A DNA stretch of 63,404 nt, filler included, from Octopus bimaculoides (GCF_001194135.2; 4 parts of 4 records of this genome joined end to end with filler, not necessarily neighbours in it), one strand, 5' to 3'. Positions 12,821 through 26,380 are shown, numbered from the whole stretch's first letter. The notes: a model not told the origin generated them from the letters alone. Numbers and translations: made by a program.

Positions 12821-13324
12821 GCCTTATATGTGTGTATGTATACACATATATATAAAATCGATCGAAGATGATTCAAAACTCAATTTAGCATGAATATAAA
12901 TCAGCCAAAGATCGAGATTAGTCGAGGGTATTTCATCTTAATGTACCTGTCGTCTTTCCACTCAATATTCCTTCTTCACACTTTCCATCACCCCCAGCAC
13001 ACCCTTCATCAATTTCCCTACAACATGTACTGATCACCACCATCACCACCTTCACTCGATCCTAGAGTCACCATCCTTAGGATGTCTGAACTACTATTCT
13101 GCCATTCATACTACAACTGACCTACACCCACCACATCCAAGTAGTTGAACCTGGTATGCGTGGACAATAGAGCAGGGTTAGCGTTATATTGTGCCATGAT
13201 GAGGACAATGAACATTATTTGATCTTTTCAAAATGGCATTTTTGAAAATACGTGAAAGCAATGCTTGTATATATATATATATATATATACACATGCACAC
13301 ACATGTGTGAATGTGTGATTATAT

Positions 13325-13560
13325 ATGTGTGTATGTATCTTTGTGTCTGTGTTTGTGTCCCCCCACCACCACCGCTTGATAACCCGTGCTGCTGTGTTTA
13401 CGTCCCCGTAACACAACGGTTCGGCAAAAGAGACCGATAAAATAAGTACAAGGCTTAACAAATTAGATAAGTACTATGGTCGATTCATTCGTCCTAAAAA
13501 TTCTTGAAGGTGGTGCCCCAGCTTGACCGCAGTCTAGTGACCGAAGCAAATAAAAGATAA
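13325..13560 (+). mobile_element. SINE family B, 3' half
   Basis: tttacgtccccgtaac...cggttcggcaaaagagaccgata...aaataaaagataa. Confidence 0.8.
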
Positions 13561-13779
13561 AATATATATATAAATATATCGAATTACTTCATTCTGTGAG
13601 TTTTTATCTCGCCGAAGAAAGATGTTGTGGCCTGCTGCTCGCAGTCTCTGAATATCTCATGAGGTTGCTGATTTTATGTGGCTATTCGAGTTATATCTTT
13701 TAGCTCTCATTTCTAGCAATTTCAGGTGCTGTTTTGCACCCTTATCTATGAATTTTGCCTTTAATTGCAATGCATTTTT

Positions 13780-13990
13780 TCTTTTACTCGTTTCAGTCAT
13801 TTGACTGCAGCTATGCTGGAGCGACGCCTTTAGTCGAACAAATCGAGCCTAGGACTTATTCTTTGTAAGCCTAGTACTTATTTTATCGGTTCTCTATTGC
13901 CGAACCACTAAGTTATGGGGACGTAAACACACCAGCATCAGTTTTTAAGCGATTGGGAGGGGGGCAAATATAGACACTCAAATACATACA
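13780..13990 (-). mobile_element. SINE family B, 3' half
   Basis: Reverse complement of the family B 3' region. Confidence 0.8.
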
Positions 13991-14071
13991 CATATATATT
14001 CAACAGGCTTCTTTCACTTTCCGTCTACCAAGTCCAATCACAAGATCTTGGTCGGCCCTAGGATATAGTAG

Positions 14072-14133
<62 letters not shown>

Positions 14134-14439
14134 AAAAAAGATATAAAGATAGATATGAAGAAGTAGTCATGAACCATGCATACATATGTATGTGTGAGGT
14201 AGGGAGAGAGATAAATAGGTAAATAATCTGAAAGCAATATTGTGTGAGGTATATGAAATAACCTCCTAATTTTAACCATTCCATCAGACCGTAAATTAAT
14301 AGTAGATGTGAAAGTAGTATGTGAAGGAGCTTTGTATGTAAGTTTGTGAATGTACGTATGAGTTATTTAACTAGCTGTCGATGTGAGGGAGGAAGAGAGA
14401 CAGAAAGAGAGACAGAAAGAGAGAAACCTATTATTTAAA

Positions 14440-14530
14440 ACCTAATACTTATTCTATCGGGTACTTTTCGCCGAACCGCTATGTTACGGGGACATAAAAC
14501 CAGCACCGGTTGTCAAGCTGTGATGGGGGT
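14440..14530 (-). mobile_element. SINE family B fragment
   Basis: tacttattctatcgg...ccgaaccgct...cggggacataaaaccagcaccggttgtcaag. Confidence 0.7.
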
Positions 14531-15153
14531 GAGGTACACACAAAAAATAAAAGACGTGGACAGGTGTATGAACAACAAGAAGAAAAGGAAAATGGGGATT
14601 GGACAGTTGATTATTGTTTATTATTAACGACTAATTAATCATCTTCACTTACAGCTGTTTCAATTAATACCCAGTAAATATTAAGTAAATACTAAATTTA
14701 TATTGATATGACTTGAGCATAATATCTTCAGTGGGGAAGGATATGTTTTATATGTCTTTATGGATTCATTATAGGAGGCTAACCTTTCATGAAGTTAACA
14801 CAACCTCTAATCGAATATATATATATATATANNNNNNNNNNNNNNNNNNNNNNNNNNNNNNNNNNNNNNNNNNNNNNNNNNNNNNNNNNNNNNNNNNNNN
14901 NNNNNNNNNNNNNNNNNNNNNNNNNNNNNNNNNNNNNNNNNNNNNNNNNNNNNNNNNNNNNNNNNNNNNNNNNNNNNNNNNNNNNNNNNNNNNNNNNNNN
15001 NNNNNNNNNNNNNNNNNNNNNNNNNNNNNNNNNNNNNNNNNNNNNNNNNNNNNNNNNNNNNNNNNNNNNNNNNNNNNNNNNNNNNNNNNNNNNNNNNNNN
15101 NNNNNNNNNNNNNNNNNNNNNNNNNNNNNNNNNNNNNNNNNNNNNNNNNNNNA

Positions 15154-16200
15154 CTGATTTACAAAAAGTTCACATAGGACGACGTGGCTTATGTCGCACT
15201 GTCTAATCAACAATTTAATCAACAGCATAAGCGATAATATTAAATTTACCATGGAATACAGTAAAACTCAACTACCGTTCCTGGATATACTAATAATCAA
15301 AAGAGATAAAATTATTGAAACAATTATTCACTACAAACAAACAGATTCTAAACAATACTATTCTCCTCATGCCATCTCAAACACAGGAAGAATAATAATC
15401 CATTCAATCTAGTAAGACGAATATGCACAATTGTCTCAAATCCTGAAACTCGCAATAAAAGACTCCAGGAACTAAAACAATTACTACTTAAAAGACAAGA
15501 ACCCTTAATGATAATAGACAATGGAATAGAACGTGCCAAAGCATTAAATATCGAAGAACTACGAAAAACGAAAAACGTTCCAGATTCATCCAATAATCTA
15601 CCCTTTATTACAACACACAACCCCCAAAACACAGAGGTTTACAATATTATCCACCAGAACATCCTACTACTAAAACAAGATCCAAGAATGAAACAAGCAT
15701 TCGAAATACACAAAATAATCAAAAGAAAAAGACAATCAAGATTCCTCAAAAAATTCCTCACATATGCTAAATTACCTTCCACAATTCCTATACCAACAGT
15801 CAAAAATATGGTCGCCCCAATTGCGGGACCTGTATCAACCTTATTGAAGACACAACATTCAAATTCAAATCGGCAGACTTCTACCGTAAAAAGTCACTTT
15901 ACATGTTCTTCAAGGAATTTAATATACGCTATCAAATGTCAAGGATGTAATGAAAATTACAGAGGTCAAACAAAGCTTACTTTAAGAAATAGACTGACCA
16001 TTCATCGACAACAAATACGAGACCCCAGTACTAGACAGATCCCACTGAGTGGTCACATAGACATTGTGCAAAAAATAAGTCCCCAAAATTCCAGGTTTTC
16101 CCATTCTACCTATGTTCAGCGAATACCACAGATGAAGCACGGATAAACAAAGAAAATACTTTCATACAAAAGCACAAACCAAGACTTAACAAACTTTAAC
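15154..16200 (+). mobile_element. Penelope-like element (Neptune-like): RT thumb, Cys linker and GIY-YIG endonuclease; frameshifted
   Basis: IKFTMEYSKTQLPFLDILI...HYKQTDSKQY (PLE RT end), LPFITTHNP, NCGTC in an alternative frame, NLIYAIKCQGCNENYRGQTKLTLRNRLTIHR (GIY-YIG). 5' part lost in a gap. Confidence 0.9.
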
Positions 16201-17030
16201 AGAGTACATGCACAAATAACTATTCACCCACAAAATTCATTCTGCCACTTATCACGAGGATGCTACACAGCTAACAACCTACATCTTAACCATTGGACTA
16301 CATACAAACGACTCCTGTCCACTCTCCCACCAGACAGATTAAATTCGGTCTGTGTTGATTATAACTAAACATGTTCACTCAGCCGTGTCGGCCCTCTTTT
16401 TAGGCGCAAAAATATACTGTCACGTTACACTAATGCACGGACGTAGCAGGAAACGTACAAAAGGTTAGAAACTTAATCATGTGTTCATTCTCTACAAACA
16501 CTTCACAGAAAACATTCAGAGCATTGATTGTTTGGACTTCTTCAGTCAACCGTGTCAGCTTTAACTTACGACGTCAAACATTGTCACTTGATACTAAAAC
16601 ACAGACGTAGCGGGGAACCTACAAAAATTTCTAAGACCAGTCATATGACTATCCTCTACCAATCAAATCCTATTCAAAACATATACTAATTTGAGTCATG
16701 AACTCCCTATAAAAACAAGGCAACCTTCAAACACTAGTCAGAAGCAAGACAGCTGCGATATAAGCCATGTCTTTCTATTTGAACTTTTTGAAAATCAATG
16801 TAAACTGTGAAACCGGTTAAAGCTTCAAATATTTTAATAAAAAATATTTTAACTATTCTCAGTGCATTTTCAAATTCTACTTTTCCTATATTTCTACCCG
16901 TGTGGAATAAAATATCTTTGTTTTCTATATATATATATATATAAACAATTTAACATTAAATGATGGGTTACCCAATACGTTTTAGTAGATTAATGTTTAT
17001 TGAACTTTTACAAGGAAAAGGTTGCCAATG

Positions 17031-17068
17031 ACTTCAACGCTTCGGCTTGCTCGCTTTCGTCAGAAAGT
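17031..17068 (-). ncRNA. Degenerate type I hammerhead
   Basis: Minus strand: acttt CTGACGA aagc gagca agcc GAAG CG TT gaagt. Stem I intact, GAAA->GAAG, weakened stem II; AATAAA downstream. Confidence 0.6.
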
Positions 17069-17796
17069 GTTCTACTCGAGTTCTGTTTGGTCTTGTATAG
17101 TCTTTGGTAAAACTTGTTGTTATTGTTGTTATGATTGATGATGAGTGTGTAGGTAAATCGCGGAAGTATTTGTTTAAACAGGAGTATCAAATTCTGGTCA
17201 AGCTGGTGCGTATTGTTTTATACGTTGAAATTATTTGAAAAACGCAGGATATGTCAGACTGGTGTTGAATTGGAATTCGTATTTTTAGAAGTCTATTACG
17301 AAATTTTAAACTGGGTATTTTGTTTGGAAGGTTAGAATAGAGTAGTTTATGTTACTAGCGATACTTAATGGGTTTTCTAGTCTGCATACAAAGAAATGTA
17401 CGTATATCTACTCGTATCCCACCAGATGCGTTAACACGTCAACAACAACGCCAATCAGATGCACATACAACTCCACATATTTCAGGCTAGGGTGCAAATA
17501 CATGCACAGGAGCCACAAGCATACATATAAACGCTCCCTGATATATGTAACGGTATATGTTGTCTCATTTTTTTAATGTATCGTAGATAATTTTACTCAA
17601 GTTCTTAGAAGCGTACTCTAGGTTAATGCACTAGCACTCCTACATTTGTATATATACGTATATGTATGCTTATGTGCATGTATACATGTGTATATGGTTA
17701 TATATAAGTATGTATAGACAGGAGTGTGTAGGTGTATATGAAGATTTATGTATGCATGTACGTATGGATGTGTGATGTGAGTGCATGTGTGCATAG

Positions 17797-17864
<68 letters not shown>

Positions 17865-18344
17865 TCAGAGATCAAGAACAAATATGGGATGAAGGAGAGT
17901 AGAGAATATATCTTGATTAATCTCTACTACTTATCGAATTACATAGCCTTAAAATGTAATCCAATAAAAAAGAGGCGTAGCACAACGAATGAGAGCTTGG
18001 AGTAACATATGTTCTCGCAGTAAAACAATCCCAACTCATGGCAACTAAATTATAACTAAGTATTACCACTAACGTTTTTTGAGAAGGGTCAATGTGGCGG
18101 CCTCTACATTGTTGCTAAACCTCCTAAAAATGGCGCCCATGTCGCAGAAATCAAGTAAAATCACATCGACCTATCTTATTTAAGGAAAAGTCGGGTTTAA
18201 CAATGCAGTTCTTCATACAACGAAAATTAAACGGAATCGTCGCATTTGGGATGTTATTGATCATAGTTTTTTTTACCCAATCGGAGTTGATCGAAAGCTG
18301 AGCAGCAACAACGCTGGGAATACAGAAACGTAGTGGTGGTGGAT

Positions 18345-18410
<66 letters not shown>

Positions 18411-19375
18411 CCAGCAGCAGCTGTAACAGTAGCAGTCTGTGTGTGTGTGCNNNNNNNNNNNNNNNNNNNNNNNNNNNNNNNNNNNNNNNNNNNNNNNNNN
18501 NNNNNNNNNNNNNNNNNNNNNNNNNNNNNNNNNNNNNNNNNNNNNNNNNNNNNNNNNNNNNNNNNNNNNNNNNNNNNNNNNNNNNNNNNNNNNNNNNNNN
18601 NNNNNNNNNNNNNNNNNNNNNNNNNNNNNNNNNNNNNNNNNNNNNNNNNNNNNNNNNNNNNNNNNNNNNNNNNNNNNNNNNNNNNNNNNNNNNNNNNNNN
18701 NNNNNNNNNNNNNNNNNNNNNNNNNNNNNNNNNNNNNNNNNNNNNNNNNNNNNNNNNNNNNNNNNNNNNNNNNNNNNNNNNNNNNNNNNNNNNNNNNNNN
18801 NNNNNNNNNNNNNNNNNNNNNNNNNNNNNNNNNNNNNNNNNNNNNNNNNNNNNNNNNNNNNNNNNNNNNNNNNNNNNNNNNNNNNNNNNNNNNNNNNNNN
18901 NNNNNNNNNNNNNNNNNNNNNNNNNNNNNNNNNNNNNNNNNNNNNNNNNNNNNNNNNNNNNNNNNNNNNNNNNNNNNNNNNNNNNNNNNNNNNNNNNNNN
19001 NNNNNNNNNNNNNNNNNNNNNNNNNNNNNNNNNNNNNNNNNNNNNNNNNNNNNNNNNNNNNNNNNNNNNNNNNNNNNNNNNNNNNNNNNNNNNNNNNNNN
19101 NNNNNNNNNNNNNNNNNNNNNNNNNNNNNNNNNNNNNNNNNNNNNNNNNNNNNNNNNNNNNNNNNNNNNNNNNNNNNNNNNNNNNNNNNNNNNNNNNNNN
19201 NNNNNNNNNNNNNNNNNNNNNNNNNNNNNNNNNNNNNNNNNNNNNNNNNNNNNNNNNNNNNNNNNNNNNNNNNNNNNNNNNNNNNNNNNNNNNNNNNNNN
19301 NNNNNNNNNNNNNNNNNNNNNNNNNNNNNNNNNNNNNNNNNNNNNNNNNNNNTATATATATATATATATATAATG

Positions 19376-19690
19376 AAGGCGCATGGGTCAGTGGTTAGAT
19401 CGTCGGCTTCACAATCATGAGGTAGTGAGTTCGATTCCCGGACCAGACTGTGTGTTAAACGAGGCACTTTATTCCACGTTGACGCAGTTCACTCAGCTGT
19501 AGAAATGAGTTAGAACGTCACTGGTACCAAGCTGCATCAGCTTTTGCCTTCCCTTGGATAACGGTGCCATGGAATGAGGAGACTGGTATGATGGGTGACT
19601 ACTGCTCCTCCATATACAACCATGCCCGGACTTGTACCTCGGAGGGTAACTTCCCAGGTGCGATTGTATGATCATTCACGACCGAAGGGA
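19376..19690 (+). mobile_element. tRNA-derived SINE family D
   Basis: A-box tgggtcagtgg, B-box gagttcgattcc, CORE-like middle gcactttattccacgtt...cactcagctgtagaaatgagt. Confidence 0.75.
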
Positions 19691-19952
19691 ATCTATACCC
19701 AATATATATAATATAAATAATATATAAACATATGCATATATCCATACATATATGTACATACCTACATCTATATGTATACATACATGCATATATGAGTACA
19801 GGACATCACCCCCAAAAAAACGTTAAACACAATGAGAAACGAAAACATAAAGACGAAAACAGAAAACGAACATTTTTCGAACAACGAAAAAAACAGAGAA
19901 ACGAGACATGCAACATAAAGAGTATAACCCTTCGTCAGTTGTCTCTGTTCCA

Positions 19953-20031
<79 letters not shown>

Positions 20032-20035
<4 letters not shown>

Positions 20036-20663
20036 TTATAAATGAAACATTCAAACACTGAGATTTAAAGTTAGATGTCACTATTGTTCATATCATCTCT
20101 GGGTAAATTCTAAATGTGATGATATCACCAGTAGTGGCATGGGTGGAACGCAGTTATAATAGCTTTAAACAGCTATGAATTATAAATTTGCACGAAGCGT
20201 AATGATGCTTAATAAGCATCTACCTGCTAGAAATAAGAGCTAAGTCTTAAATTAATCCACCGTAGCGCACCAATATAACAGAGAAAAACAGTATGCGAGG
20301 GAAACAGAAAGAATTAAAACATTTAACAGCACAAATAAAAACATTATGCAATTAGGGATATCCACAAACCAGGTTTCGGCTTTTGGGTATTTAACTCTGA
20401 GCCTCGTCAGTGTCGACTACCAGCTTAAATCCGTGACTGTTCATGTTAGTCTCTGAGTGTGCAACTGATTTTGTTTTGCGCCAAAAACAGAGCACATGGT
20501 GCATAAAAATTTATAAATGAAACATTCAAACACTGAGATTTGAAGTTAGATGTCACTACTGTTCATATCATCTGTGGATAAATTCTAAATTTGATGATAT
20601 CACCAGTAGTGGCATGGGTGGAACGCAGTTATAATAGCTTTAAACAGCTATGAATTATAAATT
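20032..20663 (-). mobile_element. Non-coding HHR-bearing element (475-bp unit in partial tandem)
   Basis: 157-bp direct repeat 20032-20188 / 20507-20663 enclosing a minus-strand HHR; no ORF. Confidence 0.7.
20361..20416 (-). ncRNA. Type I hammerhead ribozyme, intact core
   Basis: Minus strand: tcgaca CTGACGA GGCT (18-nt loop) AGCC GAAA CCTGG TT tgtgga. Near-palindromic stem III, GUU site, stem I 5/6 paired. Confidence 0.75.
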
Positions 20664-20664
20664 A

Positions 20665-20876
20665 GGCATCGAACTGGCAGAATCGTTAGCTCGTCGGGTA
20701 AAATGTATTTCGTCCGACTTTACTTTCCAGCTTCAAATGCCGGCTGGGATCAACTTTGTCTTTTATCCTTTCGAAATCGATAAAATAAAATAAGTGCCAG
20801 TTGATCACTAGGGTCGATGTAATCAATTTATCCCCTTGCCCCGAACTTACTGGCCTTGTACCAAAATTTGAAACCA
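20665..20876 (+). mobile_element. SINE family C
   Basis: gaactggcagaatcgttagc...cctttcgaaatcgataaaataaaataagtgccagttg...aaatttgaaacc. Confidence 0.8.
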
Positions 20877-21948
20877 CTATGTATGTAAGTATGTATTTGT
20901 GTGCGTGCGTGCGTGCGTGTGTGTTTGAGTGTATAAAGAGAAAGAGAGAAAGGGGAAAGAGAAGCATACAAATAGTTCTCAAGTTTCTGTAGACCCAAGA
21001 AATACGTCTCATCGTTCGGTGACGGTAATATTGAAAGACCAGTGGAGCTGTTTGCCTCTTTGAAACACTTAGTAATGCACAGCTGAGCCCAACTGTTAAC
21101 ACAATTGTTTCATTCTCATGACATGAGTTGAGTTCTCTTTTCATTCGTTTGTACATCAATCTGTTATTTATATATAGATAAATACACACGCGCGCGCACA
21201 CACAAACACACACGCGCGCGCACACACAAACACACACACACACTCTCACAAGTATATATACATATATATGTGCGTGTGTGTATGTATGCGTATTCACACA
21301 CACACAAACACACACATACATATATATATATACATATATATATGTATATATATATATATATAGATATATATATATATATATATATANNNNNNNNNNNNNN
21401 NNNNNNNNNNNNNNNNNNNNNNNNNNNNNNNNNNNNNNNNNNNNNNNNNNNNNNNNNNNNNNNNNNNNNNNNNNNNNNNNNNNNNNNNNNNNNNNNNNNN
21501 NNNNNNNNNNNNNNNNNNNNNNNNNNNNNNNNNNNNNNNNNNNNNNNNNNNNNNNNNNNNNNNNNNNNNNNNNNNNNNNNNNNNNNNNNNNNNNNNNNNN
21601 NNNNNNNNNNNNNNNNNNNNNNNNNNNNNNNNNNNNNNNNNNNNNNNNNNNNNNNNNNNNNNNNNNNNNNNNNNNNNNNNNNNNNNNNNNNNNNNNNNNN
21701 NNNNTATATATATATGATGCTATTATACATACATACTTAGAAACACATGCACTTTGTTTTCGCGACCATTTAAACATGTTTGATGAAAGACACCAGATTT
21801 AATGTCTGTTTAATGTGATGAAGAGCATTGCCTGACTTTAAGCATGTGATGTTGTTGGGCGTGTTTACATGTCATTCTGCATCGTTTTTTACACTGATAA
21901 ACTTCACATATAGCAGAGCGTTAAGGAGAAGAAAATGCCGAAACAGCT

Positions 21949-22005
<57 letters not shown>

Positions 22006-22672
22006 TCACATACACACACATGGATAGAAAGAAGTTACAAACAAGTATATACGTATACATATACGTATATACTTGTATGTGTGTGTATGTATATATTTAA
22101 ACATATATGTATATACATATGCGTATACACATACACATACATATAAATACATGCACACACATACGTACGCACATACACATATATATATATACACATATTA
22201 TGAGTGTGTGTAAAAAGAGAGACAGTGAACGAGAGTAAGAAAGACGAAAATTAATTGAGTGGAGTAGAGATTAAAGGAGTAAAGACATTCCAGTCTTGAC
22301 CATACCAAATTATTCAGACAAGGTGTATCTAGGACTACATTACCCAATGTCTCCTGTTACTTTCTAAACGATAGTATGCGATTTGAATGAGATTTGGATG
22401 GTGTTTACAACCAGCCGGGCTACCACGTCGAAGATGAGCTTTCAATCTAGGATGTGCAAGAGAAATTGTGAGGTATGCGTGATTTCTCACAAGGCTGAAA
22501 TTTCGAAGAAATCATGAACAACTAACGCAAATCGTGTATCTAGAATATGTTTGGCAAGGCCCTTGCAGCTCCCGTCCACTTATCGTTGTGAACAAGACTT
22601 TTATTAGCTTTTTTTTTTTTACAAAAACAAATTCTTTGCAAGACTAAATGATATACGGGCGTGCTTCAATGA

Positions 22673-22965
22673 AACTGTTTCCGTCCCCTTATCGTCCCTT
22701 GCTGTTCCCGTCTACTTATCTGTCCATCACAGTTCCCGTCTACTTATCCGTTCCTCGCTGTTCCCGTCTACTTATCCGTCCCTCACTGTTCCCGTCCACT
22801 TATTCAGCCCTTGCTGTTCTCGTCCACTTATCCACCCCTTGCTGTTCCCGTCTACTTATCCGTCACTCGCTGTTCCCGTCTATTTATCCGTCCCTCACAG
22901 TTTCCGTCTACTTATCCGTCCCTCGCTATTCCCATCCTTTTATCTGTCCCTTGCTGTTCCCGTCG
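22673..22965. repeat. 28-bp minisatellite, about 10 copies
   Basis: Consensus tcgctgttcccgtctacttatccgtccc; unit starts at 22701, 22729, 22757. Confidence 0.92.
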
Positions 22966-24465
22966 TTTTCTTAAATTTTGTTTTCATATCCTTATAATTC
23001 AGTCTCCGATTGTTTGGTTCTGAAAATATCATTGGGACTAAACTTATGTTAGTCGGGTTGATTCTTAATTGTAGCAGATTCAGTTTACTTGCCTTCCTTC
23101 ACTTTTATTGATATGATTATTCATCATATCATCCTATGTTTTCATGCCTAAAACCTCTGGTTTTATGCTCGTATGATCACAATTACAACGTGATGAAGCT
23201 CGATTGTTGGAATATGCTTTGTTTGGGATTTCAATAATTTCGATAAAAAATATAGCCCTCTACCGAATTGCATAAAATCTTATTTATGATATCCATTACT
23301 GGACTAGATTTATTGACTTACTGGTTGTCAATCATTTTCTTCCATTTTGTCTCTTGCATAGTTAATCGATTGCAAAACATAGAGTCAACAGTGATGTTCA
23401 AGAAAGCTCATCAGAGTAACTAGTGGTAATAGCAGTACTTGATACATGGTCATAGTAGTTTACAATAATCACAAGGGGGTGATCTGTGAATTCAAATTAG
23501 GTAAGTGACTGGAAGCTAAATTCATTCTTTCTTTCAGGGATCCTAGAGATCCTAAAAAGGCCATATCTCAGAAATATTCAATATTAAATTAACGGAGGTG
23601 GTGTAATGATATTAAATATCTTTGAAAACTGAAAGGAAAAAAACTCAGATTTTTTTCTAGACACGCATTAGAAGCGAAAGTAGGAACAACTGTCCTAATG
23701 TTGTTGTTTTTAACTAATGCTAAATATTGCCATGATAACGGTTTATTTAAGAATGCCTCGGGTATCTGCGAGGTCATTCACCAGGGTTTTAGGGTTTTGT
23801 AAATTTCCCAAGAACAGAAATAGTGAGGGAGTGTCCTATGAATGACTGTTCATACGAAGATAAATTAGAAAAGCAGAGTGTAAAATGCACCTAAACAGGA
23901 TTTAGTGAGGATGTCTTCGGTTTTACAAACCAGAACCAATGTTTTTGGAAAGTTTCTTGGCAGATGTAGTTTTACATGCTAATTGCGAAAATTATAACCA
24001 TTTTTTTGTGAGGAAATTGAAAAAAAAAAAAGCAGAAGTCACGATCCTCTAAAGATTAAACATTGAATTTCAGTCAATCAGTCAATCAGATGATGCTGCT
24101 TTCGTCACACCGGAAGACGGAATTGCTGTGTTTTTCCAGACATTTGCTTTTGATTAAGGACGCACGTTTACCTCATAGTTTTCTCACTTTTATTTTTGAT
24201 TATTCGTTATTTTGTGGGAAATTAATAAAAAAAAAAGTTACACACTCGTTTTCAAAGATGAAAATGTTTATTGAAAGAAATGAGACAAAACAACAAATGA
24301 ACTTATGAAAACTTGGCAATGTACCGTAACATTATCTGAAACAGGTCAACATTTTCATGTCTGTCTCATTACATAAACTCATGAAGATCTGAGTCAATTA
24401 TAGAAAGATGAGTTCCACAGCGACATTTATTTGACCTTTTAACGCAGTTCCATATGCTTTCCACC

Positions 24466-24521
<56 letters not shown>

Positions 24522-25485
24522 ACGTCCTCTAAGTAGACAAATTCAACGCTATGGTACTCTGTTACAGGTCACTAAATGTAGTGGATTTCGGTTGAACCGA
24601 CTCCCGGTTGTATTCTTCAACTATATTGCAGTTGTGACATGATACTTCATATTGAAACAACGGCCAAGTTTTGATTCACATACTGCCTAAAATCCATTGC
24701 CCCGGAAGAACTCATCATTCATAATATTTCAGACTGAAGTTCATAATTTGTCAGTCGCGATGATCGTTCTGGGACTACATATCCTCTACGTATAGTTACC
24801 TATATGCTGTGGTTCATTTGTACCGCTTCTCCAAAGAAACAACCATTATTTCACCCAACAATAAATAACAGAGCTATGGCTTTTAGTGGAAGTGGGTTCT
24901 TTCGAGCTTCTCCGCGCTGACACAAATTCATTGCAGCCTATTTTCTTGTAGCACCATTGGAGTATATCACCAACAAAGAAAATTTTCATTTGATGTTTTC
25001 GCCGATAAGTCTTTTCCGTGTTACTATATATTTCAGTTGGAAATAACTCACTATATCGGTCTCCGTTTCGACGTATCCACCCCACCACCATCACCACCAT
25101 CACCACCACCACCACCAGACCTCTCAAATTCTCCACTCCACTGATCAAGGTGGATTTCAATTTCTTACTTCTTCACGCTGGTTGAAATTTGTTTTGTTTC
25201 AATACGTTCGCTTGCGCAGGTTCAATATGTTGCTATGGAAATACATAGCAGTTTCAATCACCGACGTATCGAAAATGACCGCATTTGATGAGATGAAATT
25301 TCAAAAGATTCAATCCGGAAAAGTTTGTAAATTCATTTATTGATAATTTCTCTCAAAAGTGGTTATGATTTCCGTAATTTGTATGAAAAACTACATCTGT
25401 GTAGAAATTTTCAAACAAATCAGATCTGATGTGTGAAACCAAAAGGACCATTTGATGATTCTATATTATATGTTTGGTTTGGTCG

Positions 25486-25692
25486 AGGTGGCGAGCTGCC
25501 AGAAATGTTAGCGCGCAGTGCAAAAACTTTGCGGCATTTCGTCCGTCTTTACGTTCTGAGTTCAAATTCCGGCGAGGTCGAATTTGCCTTTCGTCCGTTC
25601 GGGGTCGATAAAATAAGTACCAGTTGAGTACTGGGATCAATGTAATCCACTTACACCCTGCCCTGAAATTGCTAGCCTTCTGCCAAAACTTT
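25486..25692 (+). mobile_element. SINE family C
   Basis: ggtggcgagctg...ttctgagttcaaattcc...gcctttcgtccgttcggggtcgataaaataagtaccagttgagtactggg. Confidence 0.85.
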
Positions 25693-25718
25693 AATATTAT
25701 ATGTTTAGTGTTTATATA

Positions 25719-25775
25719 TTGGGCTGTCCGGAAAGTTCGTGCCGATTTATAGTAGCTTACCTTTCGACTTATTTG
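25719..25775. mobile_element. Possible mariner-type terminal fragment
   Basis: TA followed by ttgggctgtccggaaagttcgtgccgattt resembles mariner ITR starts; no partner end seen. Confidence 0.35.
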
Positions 25776-25961
25776 CCATGAAACCACCTCAATTCTGGGA
25801 AGAGGGTATTTTCAAGTTGATGGAGACGCATTGNNNNNNNNNNNNNNNNNNNNNNNNNNNNNNNNNNNNNNNNNNNNNNNNNNNNNNNNNNNNNNNNNNN
25901 NNNNNNNNNNNNNNNNNNNNNNNNNNNNNNNNNNTGTGTGTGTGTGTGTGTGTTAATAAAA

Positions 25962-26380
25962 ATAGGCGCAGGAATGACTGTGTGGTGAGTAGCTTGCTTA
26001 CCAACCACATGGTTCCGGGTTCAGTCCCACTGCGTGGCATCTTGGGCAAGTGTCTTCTACTATAGCCTCGGGCCGACCAAAGCCTTGTGAGTGGATTTGA
26101 TAGACAGAAACTGAAAGAAGCCCGTCGTATATATGTATATGTATATATATATGTGTATGTTTGTGTGTTTGTGTTTGTCTCCCTAGCATTGCTTGACAAC
26201 TGATGCTGGTGTGTTTATGTCCCCGTCTCTTAGCGGTTTGGTAAAAGAGACCGATAGAATAAGTACCAGGCTTACAAAGAAATAGTCCCGGGGTCGATTT
26301 ACTCGACTAAAGGTGGTGCTCCAGCATGACCGCAGTCAAATGACTGAAACAAGCAAAAGAGTAAAAGAGAGTAAAGAGTA
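25962..26380 (+). mobile_element. SINE family B, full length
   Basis: Colinear with 3164-3572. Confidence 0.9.

Noticed and set aside
19915-19945. Minus-strand CTGACGA AGGGT tat ACTC, a hammerhead 5' half (3' halves alone near 14650 and 16810)
   Set aside because: The other half of the core is missing, so these are not counted as HHRs
22673-22965. CRISPR-like regular repeat
   Set aside because: Contiguous units with no unique spacers, in a eukaryotic context
23538-23596. Possible terminal exon DPRDPKKAISQKYSILN* after ctttctttcAG
   Set aside because: The nearest donor gives a 37-nt intron and the upstream segment has stops in all frames; no coherent model
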